Virus record (IMG/VR): IMGVR_UViG_3300017716_003594
Coordinates: 3,424-67,423 of that record
DNA from: a virus
Lineage: Duplodnaviria > Caudoviricetes
Direction: 5' to 3' (one strand)
DNA: 64,000 nucleotides
Shown here: piece by piece, positions 63,526 through 64,000 of the stretch
How the letters are laid out: every line of letters starts with the position of its first letter
How positions within the stretch are numbered: position 1 is the first letter of the stretch
Translations under genes and position numbers: made by a program
The notes under the pieces: model-generated
Seen by the model: the letters and a program-made list of their open reading frames with translations, nothing else
Databases searched by the model: none
What the model was told of the DNA's origin: nothing

Positions 63526-63647
63526 TGACCTCGATCGACCAGGGTCACAGCGAAAGGATCAACACCACACCGTAAACGGCAAGGACTCCACCGCTCCCTG
63601 CCCCTGCAAGATCGAACATCCCTAACAGCCTTCTCAGGAGAATAGTA

Positions 63648-64000
63648 ATGGCTGAAGTTGTGCGCTACAAGACCCCGCCTTTCCGTCTGTCGTTCCCGGC
63701 GCTTTTCGAAGCCCAGTCGTTCGACGGCGGCGCCCCCAAGTACGGCTGCTCGGCCGTCTGGACGCCGGCCAAGTTCACGGACAAGGACAAGGCCCTCTGG
63801 GCTGCGATCCAGAAGGCGATGGACGAAGAGTCCGTCAAACGCTTCAAGAAGAAAATCAAGGACCTGCCCGACAACAGCAAGAAGGGCATTCGCGACGGCT
63901 CCGAGAAGGCTGACATGGCCGGCTACGGGGAAGGCACGAAGTTCGCGTCCCTGACAACCAAGATGAAGCCCGGCACCGTCCTGCTCGACGGCTCGGACGG
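63648..64000 (+). CDS. DUF2815-family single-stranded DNA-binding protein (truncated by window edge)
   Basis: SD AGGAG; FRLSFPALF....PKY..IRDG.EK..GY. Confidence 0.85.
   Translation, partial: MAEVVRYKTPPFRLSFPALFEAQSFDGGAPKYGCSAVWTPAKFTDKDKALWAAIQKAMDEESVKRFKKKIKDLPDNSKKGIRDGSEKADMAGYGEGTKFASLTTKMKPGTVLLDGSD

Noticed and set aside
1-64000. CRISPR array, integrase, transposase, intron/intein or diversity-generating retroelement
   Set aside because: No regularly spaced repeats, recombinase or reverse-transcriptase motifs were seen; polA, nrdJ and terL appear uninterrupted. The Cas4-like gene is the common replication-cluster exonuclease.

Overview
Almost certainly most of the genome of a GC-rich, long-tailed (siphovirus-type) dsDNA phage. 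The host is probably an alphaproteobacterium, judged from a permuted two-piece tmRNA, a GapR homologue and a GTA-like tail-tip module. No integrase, repressor cassette, tRNA or CRISPR array was recognised. Layout: (1-12.4 kb, +) tmRNA, further structured non-coding sequence, GapR, a Top6A/Spo11-like protein, family A DNA polymerase, HD hydrolase, SNF2 helicase and a nucleotide-metabolism operon; (12.4-19 kb) small early genes from repeated divergent promoters, a DenV-like glycosylase and a class II ribonucleotide reductase; (19-51 kb, -) metallophosphoesterase, lysis, tail, head and terminase genes, with small + strand inserts; (51-64 kb) small genes, an AT-rich island, primase-helicase, Cas4-like exonuclease, an HslV-like peptidase and a DUF2815 SSB. 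Main leads: (i) a phage-encoded circularly permuted tmRNA with tag ANDNVDMEEMRLAA; (ii) a thymidylate-synthase-fold enzyme carrying the Asn-to-Asp dCMP specificity switch, coupled to an NTP-pyrophosphatase/dNMP-kinase fusion and a dCMP deaminase, which predicts a 5-methyl- or 5-hydroxymethyl-cytosine genome; (iii) a GapR plus Top6A-like gene pair; (iv) a single in-frame TAG inside the tape measure gene; (v) two unannotated, strongly folded RNA candidates. All family assignments are from motifs recognised by eye; no database search was run.
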